From a virus (taxonomy: Duplodnaviria > Heunggongvirae > Uroviricota > Caudoviricetes): a stretch of DNA of 64,000 nucleotides. Each line of letters starts with the position of its first letter. The first letter of the stretch is position 1. The position numbers and the translations under genes are program-made. The stretch lies in the IMG/VR virus record IMGVR_UViG_3300032053_000007; one strand, 5' to 3'. Under the pieces are notes generated by a model. That model was not told the DNA's origin and ran no database searches. It was given only the letters and a program-made list of their open reading frames with translations. Positions 36,594-46,216 of the stretch are shown one piece after another.

Positions 36594-36884
36594 GTGTTGA
36601 CCTATATGAATCTACATTCAAAGGCTTTCAGAGCTACCTTTTCTGCTGTAGCATTCATGTGGACTATACGATTAGATGATATTGAATTTGATGTTCGGTA
36701 TTTGATTGGCATTGATGGACTTAAAACTAAGATTCAAGAAGTAGAAGCCTCTGAAGTAGATTTGGAATGGATGGGAAATATCTTATGTTTGGTCGGATGG
36801 AAGACTATTTCAACTGTGCAAAATGAACCACTTTATGACCCAGACAAACCGAAAAATTTAGCTAAAACGGTTACTGTGAAGTAA
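36594..36884 (+). CDS. Hypothetical protein
   Basis: ORF between two promoters; start may be ATG 36606. Confidence 0.6.
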   Translation: MLTYMNLHSKAFRATFSAVAFMWTIRLDDIEFDVRYLIGIDGLKTKIQEVEASEVDLEWMGNILCLVGWKTISTVQNEPLYDPDKPKNLAKTVTVK

Positions 36885-37011
36885 CCGCAACCTTTAAATA
36901 GTTTGTTTTCCCTTACTTTAATATGTCACGAAAGTATCCTGAGATTGGTTGGCGACAATACATTATGCGTTACGCCAAAGAAACTAAAGACGGGATGTTT
37001 TGGTGTGATAT

Positions 37012-37431
37012 ATGTGGACAATGGGTGAATCATCAACGATGGGGACATTACAAAAAGTACCATCTAAAGTATATATAAAGGAACTTCGTGCTCGATTCGA
37101 AAAGGCGTGGAGTAGAGATACATGTTGGCATAAAGCAGTTTTTCATCCTAAAGTTCCGAGTGGCGGTCAATGCTTTGTGACGGCGATGGTTGTTCAGGAT
37201 ATTTTTGGCGGAGATATTATTCAAGGAACAGTTAGGCAAATAGATGGTAAAATGAATCATTATTGGAATAGATTTCCTAATGGTCAAGAGTTTGACTTTA
37301 CATCCGACCAATTTGTAGAGGGGGATGGAATTCATCGTCATCCTTTTGCAGTTAAATCTAACAAATTTGCATCTCCCAATCGTAAATCTAAACGTTATCT
37401 CTTACTCAAAAATCGTATAGTAGAAACGTAA
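37012..37431 (+). CDS. YunG-like protein
   Basis: AWS.DT..GQCFVTAMVVQDIFGG..HYWN..DFTSDQF. Confidence 0.75.
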   Translation: MWTMGESSTMGTLQKVPSKVYIKELRARFEKAWSRDTCWHKAVFHPKVPSGGQCFVTAMVVQDIFGGDIIQGTVRQIDGKMNHYWNRFPNGQEFDFTSDQFVEGDGIHRHPFAVKSNKFASPNRKSKRYLLLKNRIVET

Positions 37432-37475
37432 GGTTTAAATAGGACGACTTGATATGTATAGGATAGTGAATTTGA

Positions 37476-38402
37476 ATGTTTGAGAAATCTAAGGTTTGGA
37501 AACCAAAAGTAAAATTGTGGGACGGAACAACCGTTCACGCTAGTTTGGATACACTTTTGATGCAAGATGTTGCATTGAAACTTCAACGAATGGGATTCGA
37601 AGCCGAGCATAAGGCTTGGTGGAGTATAGAGGACCTTCATAATGGCAAGACGGCGTTTGTGACGCACACTAGACGATTAGGTGCACTTAACCCATATTCG
37701 ATTAGCCAGAGAGATGCTGAGAAATTTATGATTGACATGTACGCTGGTAAACTTCCAAACAATATTGCAATGATGGTCACGGCTCACGGTCACACTTCAA
37801 GAGGGTCAATAGATGACGACCCGTTCAGAATTGTTAATGTGCCCTGTTGGACCACATTCCAAGAATATCCGAAAGCAAACGCTAACTTTCCACACTACCA
37901 GACAGACATCGGCGCGTATTTTATAATCGTGACAAAGGAAGGACGAATCAGAGTTCAGAAATGGCTCTACAAACCGTTCGTCTATAATCACAATGAAAAC
38001 ATAATCTATGAAGCTGAATCTATTGAGTCTAAGAAATATGTTGAGGAAGGAAATGGTAAAGTTGACATTGAAGAATACTTTAAGGTCATGTGTAGGGATG
38101 CAAAGTTTCTTGTTGCCGTTGTAGCAGACTTTCACGTTGGCGAAGTCTCTTCGATTGCACCAGAAAGATACACATATAACGGACAGATTTGGGATGTTCA
38201 TCAATCAATAGCAAACAAACGATTGCTTCAATACTGGCGAAACTTCTCTCGTGTTTTGAAGATTTTGAAGCCTGACGAGATTTGGGTAGTCGGCGATGTT
38301 TGTGCTGGAACCCAGATTTTTGAAAAGATTAGGCGGACTTTGACTCAAAATTTGGAAGAGCAAAAAGCAATGTTCGTGGAGCTTTTCAAAGAGTTGCTAT
38401 AA
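37476..38402 (+). CDS. Circularly permuted calcineurin-like metallophosphoesterase
   Basis: GTTVH, THT, AHGH, PCW, TDIG motifs precede ADFHVG and VGD motifs. Confidence 0.75.
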   Translation: MFEKSKVWKPKVKLWDGTTVHASLDTLLMQDVALKLQRMGFEAEHKAWWSIEDLHNGKTAFVTHTRRLGALNPYSISQRDAEKFMIDMYAGKLPNNIAMMVTAHGHTSRGSIDDDPFRIVNVPCWTTFQEYPKANANFPHYQTDIGAYFIIVTKEGRIRVQKWLYKPFVYNHNENIIYEAESIESKKYVEEGNGKVDIEEYFKVMCRDAKFLVAVVADFHVGEVSSIAPERYTYNGQIWDVHQSIANKRLLQYWRNFSRVLKILKPDEIWVVGDVCAGTQIFEKIRRTLTQNLEEQKAMFVELFKELL

Positions 38403-38576
38403 ATGTTCGGGTTCAGATGCCCCAAAGGTATGGGGTTTTTTAAAACCCATAAATACAAATACGTTTACGGAAACCACGGAGATTGGCGCGTTTGTTCTAA
38501 CTGTGGTCAAATGGAAATTCGTGTTGGTTCTGGAAGAACTTGGTATTGGAAAGTAATTGAATGTGGAAATGAATAA
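38403..38576 (+). CDS. Small zinc-ribbon protein (57 aa, below ORF-track cutoff)
   Basis: TAA-ATG coupling; C..H..CSNCG. Confidence 0.5.
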   Translation: MFGFRCPKGMGFFKTHKYKYVYGNHGDWRVCSNCGQMEIRVGSGRTWYWKVIECGNE

Positions 38577-38578
38577 TA

Positions 38579-38854
38579 ATGAAAGATTCAGAAAAGTTTG
38601 AAGAATGGTATAAAAGCCTCTTCATCTGTTCTCTTTCTCCCGCTTCTCCACTTCTCCTTTCTGATAACAAAGCTGTAGAAGGTAAATCACTTCGTATGCT
38701 CGAAATTTGTAAAATGATTCTCGACAATCCGAAGCAAGATGATGAAACTATTAGAAAAGAAATAGCGTTACATTTTTTCATTACAATGCGTGTAGCACTT
38801 GACTACCTCAATTATGCCAAACTTATAATTGATAAATGGAACAGAAAGGTTTAA
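38579..38854 (+). CDS. Hypothetical protein (winged-helix-like)
   Basis: C-terminus resembles 34675-34878. Confidence 0.6.
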   Translation: MKDSEKFEEWYKSLFICSLSPASPLLLSDNKAVEGKSLRMLEICKMILDNPKQDDETIRKEIALHFFITMRVALDYLNYAKLIIDKWNRKV

Positions 38855-38891
38855 ATAGTCGTTTATTCCTATCTATGTCTTGTGATGTATC

Positions 38892-40169
38892 ATGAATTTC
38901 AAATTTGGTAAGTTACCAAAGAAAATTGATACCAGAACTCTTCAATTGAAGAACTTTTTAGTATATAGAAACTTGCCACCATTACCAGATTTTTGTGATG
39001 TTGATTCAGCATTCACAAATTTCTCTAACGGTCATATGTATGGCAACGATAGATATGGCGACTGTGTTATTGCTGGTCGAGCACACATGACTCTCAGATT
39101 TGAAGAGTTCGAAGAAAGCAAACTCATTCCTATTACAGACTCAGAAGTTACTACAGAATATTTCAAAGAAAGCGGTGGATTAGATAGCGGGTTGGTTATG
39201 CTTAGTAGCCTTAATGCATGGAGACAATCAGGCTGGACCGCCGCTGGAAAATCTTACAATATTCACGCTTACGCTGAGATTGACAAAGCTAACCACAACG
39301 AACTGAAATATACAGTTCTGCTTTTGAGAGGAGCTTACACAGGATTTTCAGTTCCACAATCAGCTATGGACCAATTCAATGCTGGGCAACCGTGGACTGT
39401 TGTTGCAAATAGTCCTATTGTCGGTGGGCATTGTGTCTATATTAAAGCCTACAATGCAATAGGTCCGATATGCGTGACTTGGGGTGCAGACCAACAAATG
39501 ACTTGGGAATTCTGGGATAAATACTTTGACGAAGCCTATGCAGTAATTGACAATATAAATACGTGGTGCGACCCAGCAACAGACCCATTAAATCTTGTAG
39601 AACTAGATGCACAGTTAGCAGAAATAACTTCTTCTTCACCTAATCCAACACCACCAACACCTTCTCCATGTGGCACAGGAAAAACTGCCGCAAAAATTAT
39701 TGATATAATTCCGTGGTTACTTCATAGAAAGGGAAGATTTTACTACATGAATCCATCTACACAAAAGAAAGGATTAATTAGGAAATTAAAAACATTTGCA
39801 AGTAACTTCACTAAAGCATTTGTGTCAATACTAGGTGGTCTGATAACTCTAGTTATTTCTGCAATGTTCCAGATTCATTCATTATGGCAACTAGACATCA
39901 TTTGTGTAGGACCAGTATGGAACTTGTGTGTGAACAATATTGTAAAATACCAAGACCTTATTGCGCGAGGATTTATGCACTACTCTGACGAAACTGGATT
40001 TCAAGATGGTCAATTCTTCAGAATGACAGTCGGCAATGCTTATGATTTCTTCTTGGGCATGAATTATCTTGGATGGTGTCTCGCTGTAGTAGGAACATTT
40101 CTAATAATGTTTGGGATTATTTTATTCTACAAGGAACAAATAAAAACCCTCAAGAACCGCAAGGTTTAA
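38892..40169 (+). CDS. Papain-like cysteine peptidase with C-terminal membrane domain
   Basis: GNDRYGDCV (Cys), GGHCV (His), TWG..MTW; hydrophobic C-terminal segments. Confidence 0.7.
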   Translation: MNFKFGKLPKKIDTRTLQLKNFLVYRNLPPLPDFCDVDSAFTNFSNGHMYGNDRYGDCVIAGRAHMTLRFEEFEESKLIPITDSEVTTEYFKESGGLDSGLVMLSSLNAWRQSGWTAAGKSYNIHAYAEIDKANHNELKYTVLLLRGAYTGFSVPQSAMDQFNAGQPWTVVANSPIVGGHCVYIKAYNAIGPICVTWGADQQMTWEFWDKYFDEAYAVIDNINTWCDPATDPLNLVELDAQLAEITSSSPNPTPPTPSPCGTGKTAAKIIDIIPWLLHRKGRFYYMNPSTQKKGLIRKLKTFASNFTKAFVSILGGLITLVISAMFQIHSLWQLDIICVGPVWNLCVNNIVKYQDLIARGFMHYSDETGFQDGQFFRMTVGNAYDFFLGMNYLGWCLAVVGTFLIMFGIILFYKEQIKTLKNRKV

Positions 40170-40214
40170 ATACTTCATTAATAACTATAACTATATAAAG
40201 GTGGTGAATGAATC

Positions 40215-40409
40215 TTGGGTTTGAAAACGACAATACAAGCATTGTCTAATATTCAGAAAGCCGTATTGACCTTTATTGTAGCAGTAGCACCGCCAGTAAT
40301 CGTATTGCTACAACAGCAAAATAGCAATCCATTTCTATATGGTGCGGCTATTCTTGGTGGGGTATTAGCATTTGCTATCAAGATGTTAGGCGATACTCCA
40401 ACTGAATAA
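40215..40409 (+). CDS. Small two-TM membrane protein (holin-like)
   Basis: Two hydrophobic helices; next to peptidase. Confidence 0.55.
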   Translation: MGLKTTIQALSNIQKAVLTFIVAVAPPVIVLLQQQNSNPFLYGAAILGGVLAFAIKMLGDTPTE

Positions 40410-40501
40410 TTTAATCAATCTATCCTTTTTTTATGGATAGTTTTCCATCATTTTTTTTCCGCAAAGTTTATATACTCCTTCTAACACATCAATAGTAAAG
40501 G

Positions 40502-41062
40502 TTGAATAATATGGCAGAACAACCAGAAAAACAAACAGAAGAGAAACGTAGTTTTGTTGACCCGAAAGACTATGAGGATAAAAGAGAAAATACTTCTCCC
40601 ATTACCACTATAAAGGTAGAAGGGAAAGAGATTCATCTACTTAAACCAGATGTCGCATTGACCCTTATCTATGGTAGGCTAAGTGCAATTTTGGACGAGA
40701 TGAAAATGTTGAACTCGGTTTTTTCCAAAGCATCAGAACCTAAAACTTTTGTGAACACAGTACAACCAACGGTGAGCAATACTCCACCCGCGCAATCAAC
40801 AGCACCACTCGTAATGCCACCGCCAGCAACAGAACAATCTCCTAGAATAAAGGAGATTTTAGCCGCGCTTGAACCTGTAAAAGACATCTTGATAATAGAT
40901 ACTGAGGGTTCAGCGATGTTTGTGATGGTTAAACCATCATCGTTTTTGGGTCCTGAGAACTTCGCTAAAGTTGCTCAACTAATCCGTTCTATCGGTGGAC
41001 AATACGTTTCTGCTGGGAAAAACACCCATTTTGAAATACCAAAAGCCCCATTGAGAAAGTAA
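40502..41062 (+). CDS. Hypothetical protein
   Basis: Promoter plus 186-aa ORF with Pro-rich linker and compact C-domain. Confidence 0.7.
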   Translation: MNNMAEQPEKQTEEKRSFVDPKDYEDKRENTSPITTIKVEGKEIHLLKPDVALTLIYGRLSAILDEMKMLNSVFSKASEPKTFVNTVQPTVSNTPPAQSTAPLVMPPPATEQSPRIKEILAALEPVKDILIIDTEGSAMFVMVKPSSFLGPENFAKVAQLIRSIGGQYVSAGKNTHFEIPKAPLRK

Positions 41063-41150
41063 TATAATACTTTCCTTCTTTTTTTATCAATTTCTGTTAG
41101 TATTAACCAATAGATTTATATAGTCCGCACGTCTATTCTTTCCCAGAGTA

Positions 41151-41492
41151 GTGACCAAAATGGATGAAGAATGGTATTCTATTTACGAAGGGGAGAATGT
41201 CACCATTGAAGAGGCAAAACTTTCCTATGCTGAACGAGCAAATCTGCCATCGTCCGCATTCTGTGGACCCGATAGGTCATTTCCCGCTCATGATGCTCGT
41301 CATGTTCGTAATGGTTTGGCACAATTGAAGAAATCAAAGTTTTCTACGGCTATCAAAGCTAGAATTCTTGCTTGTTTGCGAAGACGAGCAAAGAAATACG
41401 GAATTGAAGTAAGCGAAACAGAAGGAATTGCTGTACCTGAGAATAGAGATGAAGTCATCCGTTGGTATCTCAAAGAAATAGGAATGGAATAA
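41151..41492 (+). CDS. DUF6582-like head-associated protein
   Basis: ERANLPSSAFCGPDRSFP.HD..HVRN.LA. Confidence 0.65.
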   Translation: MTKMDEEWYSIYEGENVTIEEAKLSYAERANLPSSAFCGPDRSFPAHDARHVRNGLAQLKKSKFSTAIKARILACLRRRAKKYGIEVSETEGIAVPENRDEVIRWYLKEIGME

Positions 41493-41494
41493 AT

Positions 41495-41683
41495 ATGTCT
41501 AATCAAGAACCAAAACAAACATTAGATGCTGTTGCTCATGAAAAAGAACTTGAAGAACTTCGGAAAAAGAAAGTAGAATCAATCGATTTTACACAAACAC
41601 CCGAAGAAGCTGAAAAACGAAAGAAAGCCGTGACACCACCTGAAATTCAGGATAAAAGTCACGATTGCCCTTGTGGAAAATAA
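41495..41683 (+). CDS. Hypothetical protein
   Basis: ATG just after previous stop. Confidence 0.55.
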   Translation: MSNQEPKQTLDAVAHEKELEELRKKKVESIDFTQTPEEAEKRKKAVTPPEIQDKSHDCPCGK

Positions 41684-41699
41684 ATCATAGTGACCTATT

Positions 41700-42074
41700 A
41701 TGCCAGTTGAAGAGACAGCAAACTACGTTCGGATTCGAGTAGCTAGTCCGAGCAAATTCACTCGTATGCGAGTGAAACTTCTGGGTAAAGGAATTAGAGC
41801 TATTATAGGTTTTAAGAAAGGTGGTGGGTCAGAGATTCAGGCTTTTCTATTTCCGAGAAGTCGATATACTTTGGCACAAGCCAAAGCGTGGATAAAAGCT
41901 CACGATTATTCGGTTCATGAATCATTTCTTGTAACTGATATTCAGGTTAGTGTAGATTTTCTTGATTTCGAGGAAACTCTGATTACGCCAGAAATAGAAA
42001 ATGAACTACTCAGAACAGAAAAAATAGATGTACTCACAATAAAGAAAGAAATTTGGGAGTGGATGTTTGAATGA
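41700..42074 (+). CDS. Head morphogenesis-associated protein
   Basis: VRIRV..P..F..GIRAIIG..QAFLFP..A..W motif often seen next to phage prohead proteases. Confidence 0.55.
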   Translation: MPVEETANYVRIRVASPSKFTRMRVKLLGKGIRAIIGFKKGGGSEIQAFLFPRSRYTLAQAKAWIKAHDYSVHESFLVTDIQVSVDFLDFEETLITPEIENELLRTEKIDVLTIKKEIWEWMFE

Positions 42075-42700
42075 CCGAAATTGAAGAATCAATGAGATTC
42101 GATTTTGAATATACTTCACCTTTGGCAATAGAAATTGAAGAGAGTGCTATAGGTGTTGCTATGGTTACTGGAACTCTTCTTTCAGAAGGAATCTCTAGGA
42201 ACGGAAATCAATACACTCTTGATATGATGGACCAAATAGCACAAACAGCTATAGGTGCACCAATATTTTTCGGGACCACAACAAGAATAGACCCGAATAC
42301 TGGTAAGCTAACAAGAAATATGCATCTGAAAGAAGCGTTTGCTCGCGTTGGCGAAATCACAGAAACGTGGATTGATAACGCGGCTAGAAAAATCAAATTC
42401 AGAGCACACATTATCGGCAATGAAAACTTCCCTAATCTGATTAGTGAAATCAAGAAAGGTTGGGGAATTAGCATAGGCGGAAAGGGGTTTGGTAAAGCGT
42501 TCTTTGATGTAGCTGGCAGAAAAATTACAAAGATATTAAGTATGATAGTGAATCACGTTCAACTATTGTCTCCCGATATGCCCGCTGGCGTTGACGATGC
42601 TAAGATAGAAACCGCCGAGCCAAAAGTCATTCAAGAATCTATGATGTGGATTGAGGAAGATACCGAAATCGAAGTTCCACCTATTCATATATCGCTCTAG
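42071..42700 (+). CDS. Prohead (capsid maturation) protease
   Basis: GTLLSEGISRNGNQYT, H, VGEI, GISIGG; upstream of scaffold and MCP. Confidence 0.75.
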   Translation: MTEIEESMRFDFEYTSPLAIEIEESAIGVAMVTGTLLSEGISRNGNQYTLDMMDQIAQTAIGAPIFFGTTTRIDPNTGKLTRNMHLKEAFARVGEITETWIDNAARKIKFRAHIIGNENFPNLISEIKKGWGISIGGKGFGKAFFDVAGRKITKILSMIVNHVQLLSPDMPAGVDDAKIETAEPKVIQESMMWIEEDTEIEVPPIHISL

Positions 42701-43083
42701 GCAAAGAACCACTCAATAAATTTCTCTATACCATTTTGATTTAGTTTCCAGCTTTGAAATGCGTTTATACAAGGAACACAAAGAGTAACTATGTTGTTTG
42801 TGGAGATATTATCTATGTTTCCGTCTATATGAAAGAATCCAAGACATTTTTCTGAGCCACATTTTTCACACTTAGTAAGTAACGTGAATGCTTCTCTTTG
42901 TCCTATCCATTCTTCGAAGTGTTGGAATTGCGCGGCTTTGGTTTTCTGGAAAAGACCTTCCATCAACACTTGTCGTATAACAGACGAGCGTTTCATACCC
43001 ATAAAGGCGGCATATTGGTTTATCAAATTATCTAATATTTCTCCCAAACGGATGGACGTATTCTTGGATTGTGTCATATGCAT
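42697..43083 (-). CDS. Ribbon-helix-helix protein fused to degenerate HNH domain
   Basis: TSIRL..LINQYA..MKRSSVIRQVL then CEKC..FHIDGN..NIVTLCVPC; start moved to ATG after a minus-strand promoter. Confidence 0.65.
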   Translation of the reverse strand: MHMTQSKNTSIRLGEILDNLINQYAAFMGMKRSSVIRQVLMEGLFQKTKAAQFQHFEEWIGQREAFTLLTKCEKCGSEKCLGFFHIDGNIDNISTNNIVTLCVPCINAFQSWKLNQNGIEKFIEWFFA

Positions 43084-43221
43084 CACAGGTATATAAAGGG
43101 TATGGTCTCCTATATAAGTCTTTTGTAATGCATTATCAAAAATTGTATTACACCAGCCATAACCTTTAAATACTCGTCTGTGTACTCTATTACCAATAAA
43201 CAAATAATGGAGATATGAAAA

Positions 43222-44109
43222 ATGTCCGAACAAGATAAGAATCCGAAACCAGCAGAAGACAACAAGCCGAAGGAAAAGGAAATTCATATAACTGTTGACA
43301 ATACTGAAACCAAACGTCTTGCCGAGGAACTTGCTAAGGCAAAACAGGAAAAGGAAGAGATGGAGAAGAAACTCAAGGCAATTGAGGCTCAGAAAATCAT
43401 AGATGCCGAAGCCTCAAAGAAACTTGGCGAAGAGACAGAAGACCTCAAGAACAAACTTGGCATAATCGCCGAGAAGGAACTTGAGAAGAAACGTAATTCC
43501 GTCAAGGAAAAGGCTACCGCTCTTCTAAAGGACCCTGAGCGCGTCAAGGAAATAGAGGCAAAATTGAGCACTCCTGAAGGTATCGCCGCAATGGAATACA
43601 CTATGAACGTCCTTGAGAAACAAATGAAGGTTGGAGAGGACCAGTTCAAGTCGTATCAAGAAGGCGAGCGCAAGAAAGCAGAGGAAGCCGCCGCAAAAGC
43701 AAAGGCAGATGCCGATGCCGCCGCGAAAGCCGCCGCTGATGCCGCCGCCGCTGGAAAACCAGCCACACCACCGCCAGCAGGACAAGCTCCGCTTAATGCC
43801 GCTCAAATGGGTAATCCACAACCAACCGACTTGATGCATATGAAGTTCGATAGTTATGGAGCAATGGTACGTTATCTACAGGAACTAGAGAAAGGTCCTG
43901 ACAAGTTACGTGCCGCCGAAGCTAAAGCCGCTTTGAACGAACTTCTAAAGAAGTGGGCATCATTAGTTAAGAAAAACTATGATGAAATGCGTCAACCACC
44001 AGTAGAAACTTCTGAAAATACTCCGACATTCAAGGAACTTGGTCTAAGCAAACGCGCACAAGAGGAACTCAAGCGAAGACAACAGGGTGGACAACCTGAA
44101 AGTATATAG
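43222..44109 (+). CDS. Capsid scaffolding protein
   Basis: E/K/A-rich coiled coil between protease and MCP. Confidence 0.7.
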   Translation: MSEQDKNPKPAEDNKPKEKEIHITVDNTETKRLAEELAKAKQEKEEMEKKLKAIEAQKIIDAEASKKLGEETEDLKNKLGIIAEKELEKKRNSVKEKATALLKDPERVKEIEAKLSTPEGIAAMEYTMNVLEKQMKVGEDQFKSYQEGERKKAEEAAAKAKADADAAAKAAADAAAAGKPATPPPAGQAPLNAAQMGNPQPTDLMHMKFDSYGAMVRYLQELEKGPDKLRAAEAKAALNELLKKWASLVKKNYDEMRQPPVETSENTPTFKELGLSKRAQEELKRRQQGGQPESI

Positions 44110-44113
44110 GTGA

Positions 44114-44563
44114 ATGACTATGACAGACAAAGATGAATATCCTATAAGTCCGATGCACAGACATCTCAAAGAAGTTGTTTGGTATCAATTGGCACGAGAA
44201 CAAACAGCAGAAGGTAGAGAGGCTGGTAAAGTTCACCGTATGAAATGGCTATTTCAACAGAAAGACTTTCCATGTGGTGCTTGCAAAGGCATAGACAAAA
44301 CGAAGTTCATGGTTCTTCCGACAGGTGTTTTCCGCTCATGTGAGCAAGAAGGTTTCACCGAGAAGATTGACCCTATTGATGAGGGTGAAATGCATTCGGA
44401 AGCCATTCTGCTCGAAGATGTCATATTGACTGACAATGCAGATGCGATAGCCGTTATCAAAAGGTATCGTCAAGAGAAGATATTTCTTGATGAGGAATCG
44501 CATATAAACCTTCCACCATACAAACTTCCTAAGTCTGTTGGCAGACGGCAATCAAGTAAATAG
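44114..44563 (+). CDS. Hypothetical protein
   Basis: GGTGA RBS, 149 aa. Confidence 0.65.
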   Translation: MTMTDKDEYPISPMHRHLKEVVWYQLAREQTAEGREAGKVHRMKWLFQQKDFPCGACKGIDKTKFMVLPTGVFRSCEQEGFTEKIDPIDEGEMHSEAILLEDVILTDNADAIAVIKRYRQEKIFLDEESHINLPPYKLPKSVGRRQSSK

Positions 44564-44614
44564 TAGAATAAAAATCTACTATCCCTAACTTTTTTTGGTT
44601 TTCTATTTTTCTAA

Positions 44615-44974
44615 TTAACGATGTGATGGAGCACATTTTCTGAATTTAAGTAAAGCCTTATGAAGCCATTCATGACACGAACGACACAAAGTTTTCTCTA
44701 TTACTCTAATATGGTATCTTACATGATGGTTCAAAAGATTTTCTGTGGACCCACAAACCCAACATTCTTTTTCTAGTGGTTTATCTTCTACAAATTCTTG
44801 ATGGTCCACTAACCATTTCATTCTCTTTTTTGCTCGTTCTTTATGTTTCCATTCAAGTTGCTTTTTAAGTTGTCCTTTGTAGCGGCATTCATCTGAGCAA
44901 TATTTAGCAGGGTATCTTCCTTTTCTTCCAACAAATTCTGTTCCACAGATGTCGCATTTCATATCTTTCACCAT
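44615..44974 (-). CDS. HNH-like endonuclease
   Basis: CDIC..YCSDEC plus CWVCGS..LLNHHVRY..LCRSCH. Confidence 0.75.
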   Translation of the reverse strand: MVKDMKCDICGTEFVGRKGRYPAKYCSDECRYKGQLKKQLEWKHKERAKKRMKWLVDHQEFVEDKPLEKECWVCGSTENLLNHHVRYHIRVIEKTLCRSCHEWLHKALLKFRKCAPSHR

Positions 44975-45057
44975 ATATATAGTATATATCCAACTATTTA
45001 AATCTTTCGGAATATACTTATTCTGTCACATAAGACTTATATACTCGTTCTTACATA

Positions 45058-45073
45058 TTAATCAGTTGATTAA
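45058..45073. promoter_or_regulatory. Operator-like palindrome over the MCP TSS
   Basis: Exact copy; 28 nt identical with the 29627 site context. Confidence 0.7.
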
Positions 45074-45094
45074 CTAAAAACGGAGATAAGAAAA

Positions 45095-46045
45095 ATGACT
45101 GAAATAACAATTGAAGAGACCTTAACTGCTTCTACCGTAGTTTCGGGATTAGGCGCAACTCCCTTCCTGATTTATAGTGAAGTGTTCGAACTTCCCAGAC
45201 GACCTCTTGTTTTCCTGACTCTGCCACTTGAGGATTTCTCCTTGATTGGCGCGACAGGTAACACGATTCGTGGTATGTTCCTCACCCACATGTACGCAAG
45301 TACAATCACGGAAGCAAACCTAGTCAACCCATCAGTCGGTATGGTCGCTACAACTAAGGGCGTGAGTAACTGGTATGTGTCTGTAACGGACCCCATTTTC
45401 TCTGCCACTAACTTGTCGGACATACTGCTTGAGGATTTCCCAAACATCGAGTGGGTTAGACTCCACTTGAGAAACATGGGACTCGCCATTATGGAGTATC
45501 TTGATGCATTGATAGCTGACACATTCGAAGCTGGTGCTGGAACAACTTACTCCCCTTCCGCTGGAATGGGTTATAGTACAGTTGTGTTGGCATTAGCAGA
45601 GATGGAAGAAGTCAATTGGGTTGTGGACGTAGCTAATCCACCGTTCCTGATTGTTTCCCCAGACTGTGCCGCAAAGATGTTGCAAGAGACCCAGTTCCTT
45701 GACTCAAAGCGTTATACGCTTTATGACTTGGGACGAATGATGGAAGGAGAAATTGGCATGTACGCTGGTTGTCGTGTCTTGAAGTCACCTTTGCTTTCGG
45801 GCACAGGTGTCGGTGGAACTCCATCCGATTTGACTCAAGGCGAGGACAAATATGCATACATCGTCTTTCCGAATGATACTGGTCGTGGTCCTGTTTGTCT
45901 GATGGCTTGGAAGCGGCGACTCGAAACCCGCAACTTCTATTGGACACAATGGGCATACACGTACTATGTGTCAAGCGTAAGGGTGAAGCCAGTTCTGGTC
46001 CAATCAACAGGTGTTTGCAAGATAGAATTGGGCGATACGCCTTAG
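45095..46045 (+). CDS. Major capsid protein (HK97 fold)
   Basis: 316 aa; A..EYLD..I helix, LIVSP, GEIGMYAGCRV, C-terminal beta strands; own promoter. Confidence 0.82.
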   Translation: MTEITIEETLTASTVVSGLGATPFLIYSEVFELPRRPLVFLTLPLEDFSLIGATGNTIRGMFLTHMYASTITEANLVNPSVGMVATTKGVSNWYVSVTDPIFSATNLSDILLEDFPNIEWVRLHLRNMGLAIMEYLDALIADTFEAGAGTTYSPSAGMGYSTVVLALAEMEEVNWVVDVANPPFLIVSPDCAAKMLQETQFLDSKRYTLYDLGRMMEGEIGMYAGCRVLKSPLLSGTGVGGTPSDLTQGEDKYAYIVFPNDTGRGPVCLMAWKRRLETRNFYWTQWAYTYYVSSVRVKPVLVQSTGVCKIELGDTP

Positions 46046-46216
46046 TTTGGGAAACCAAGCTAGGTAGATTGTTCGACTATCTTTCCCTATCTTTTTTTTA
46101 ACTTTTTTTGTATAGCAGAAGCGATGCATTTAAATAGGAGAACGATACATTACTCTTAGGGTGCGGCTGGACTTTAGCTTAAAAGTTCGGGGGCATCGTA
46201 AAAGAGATGAACATAC

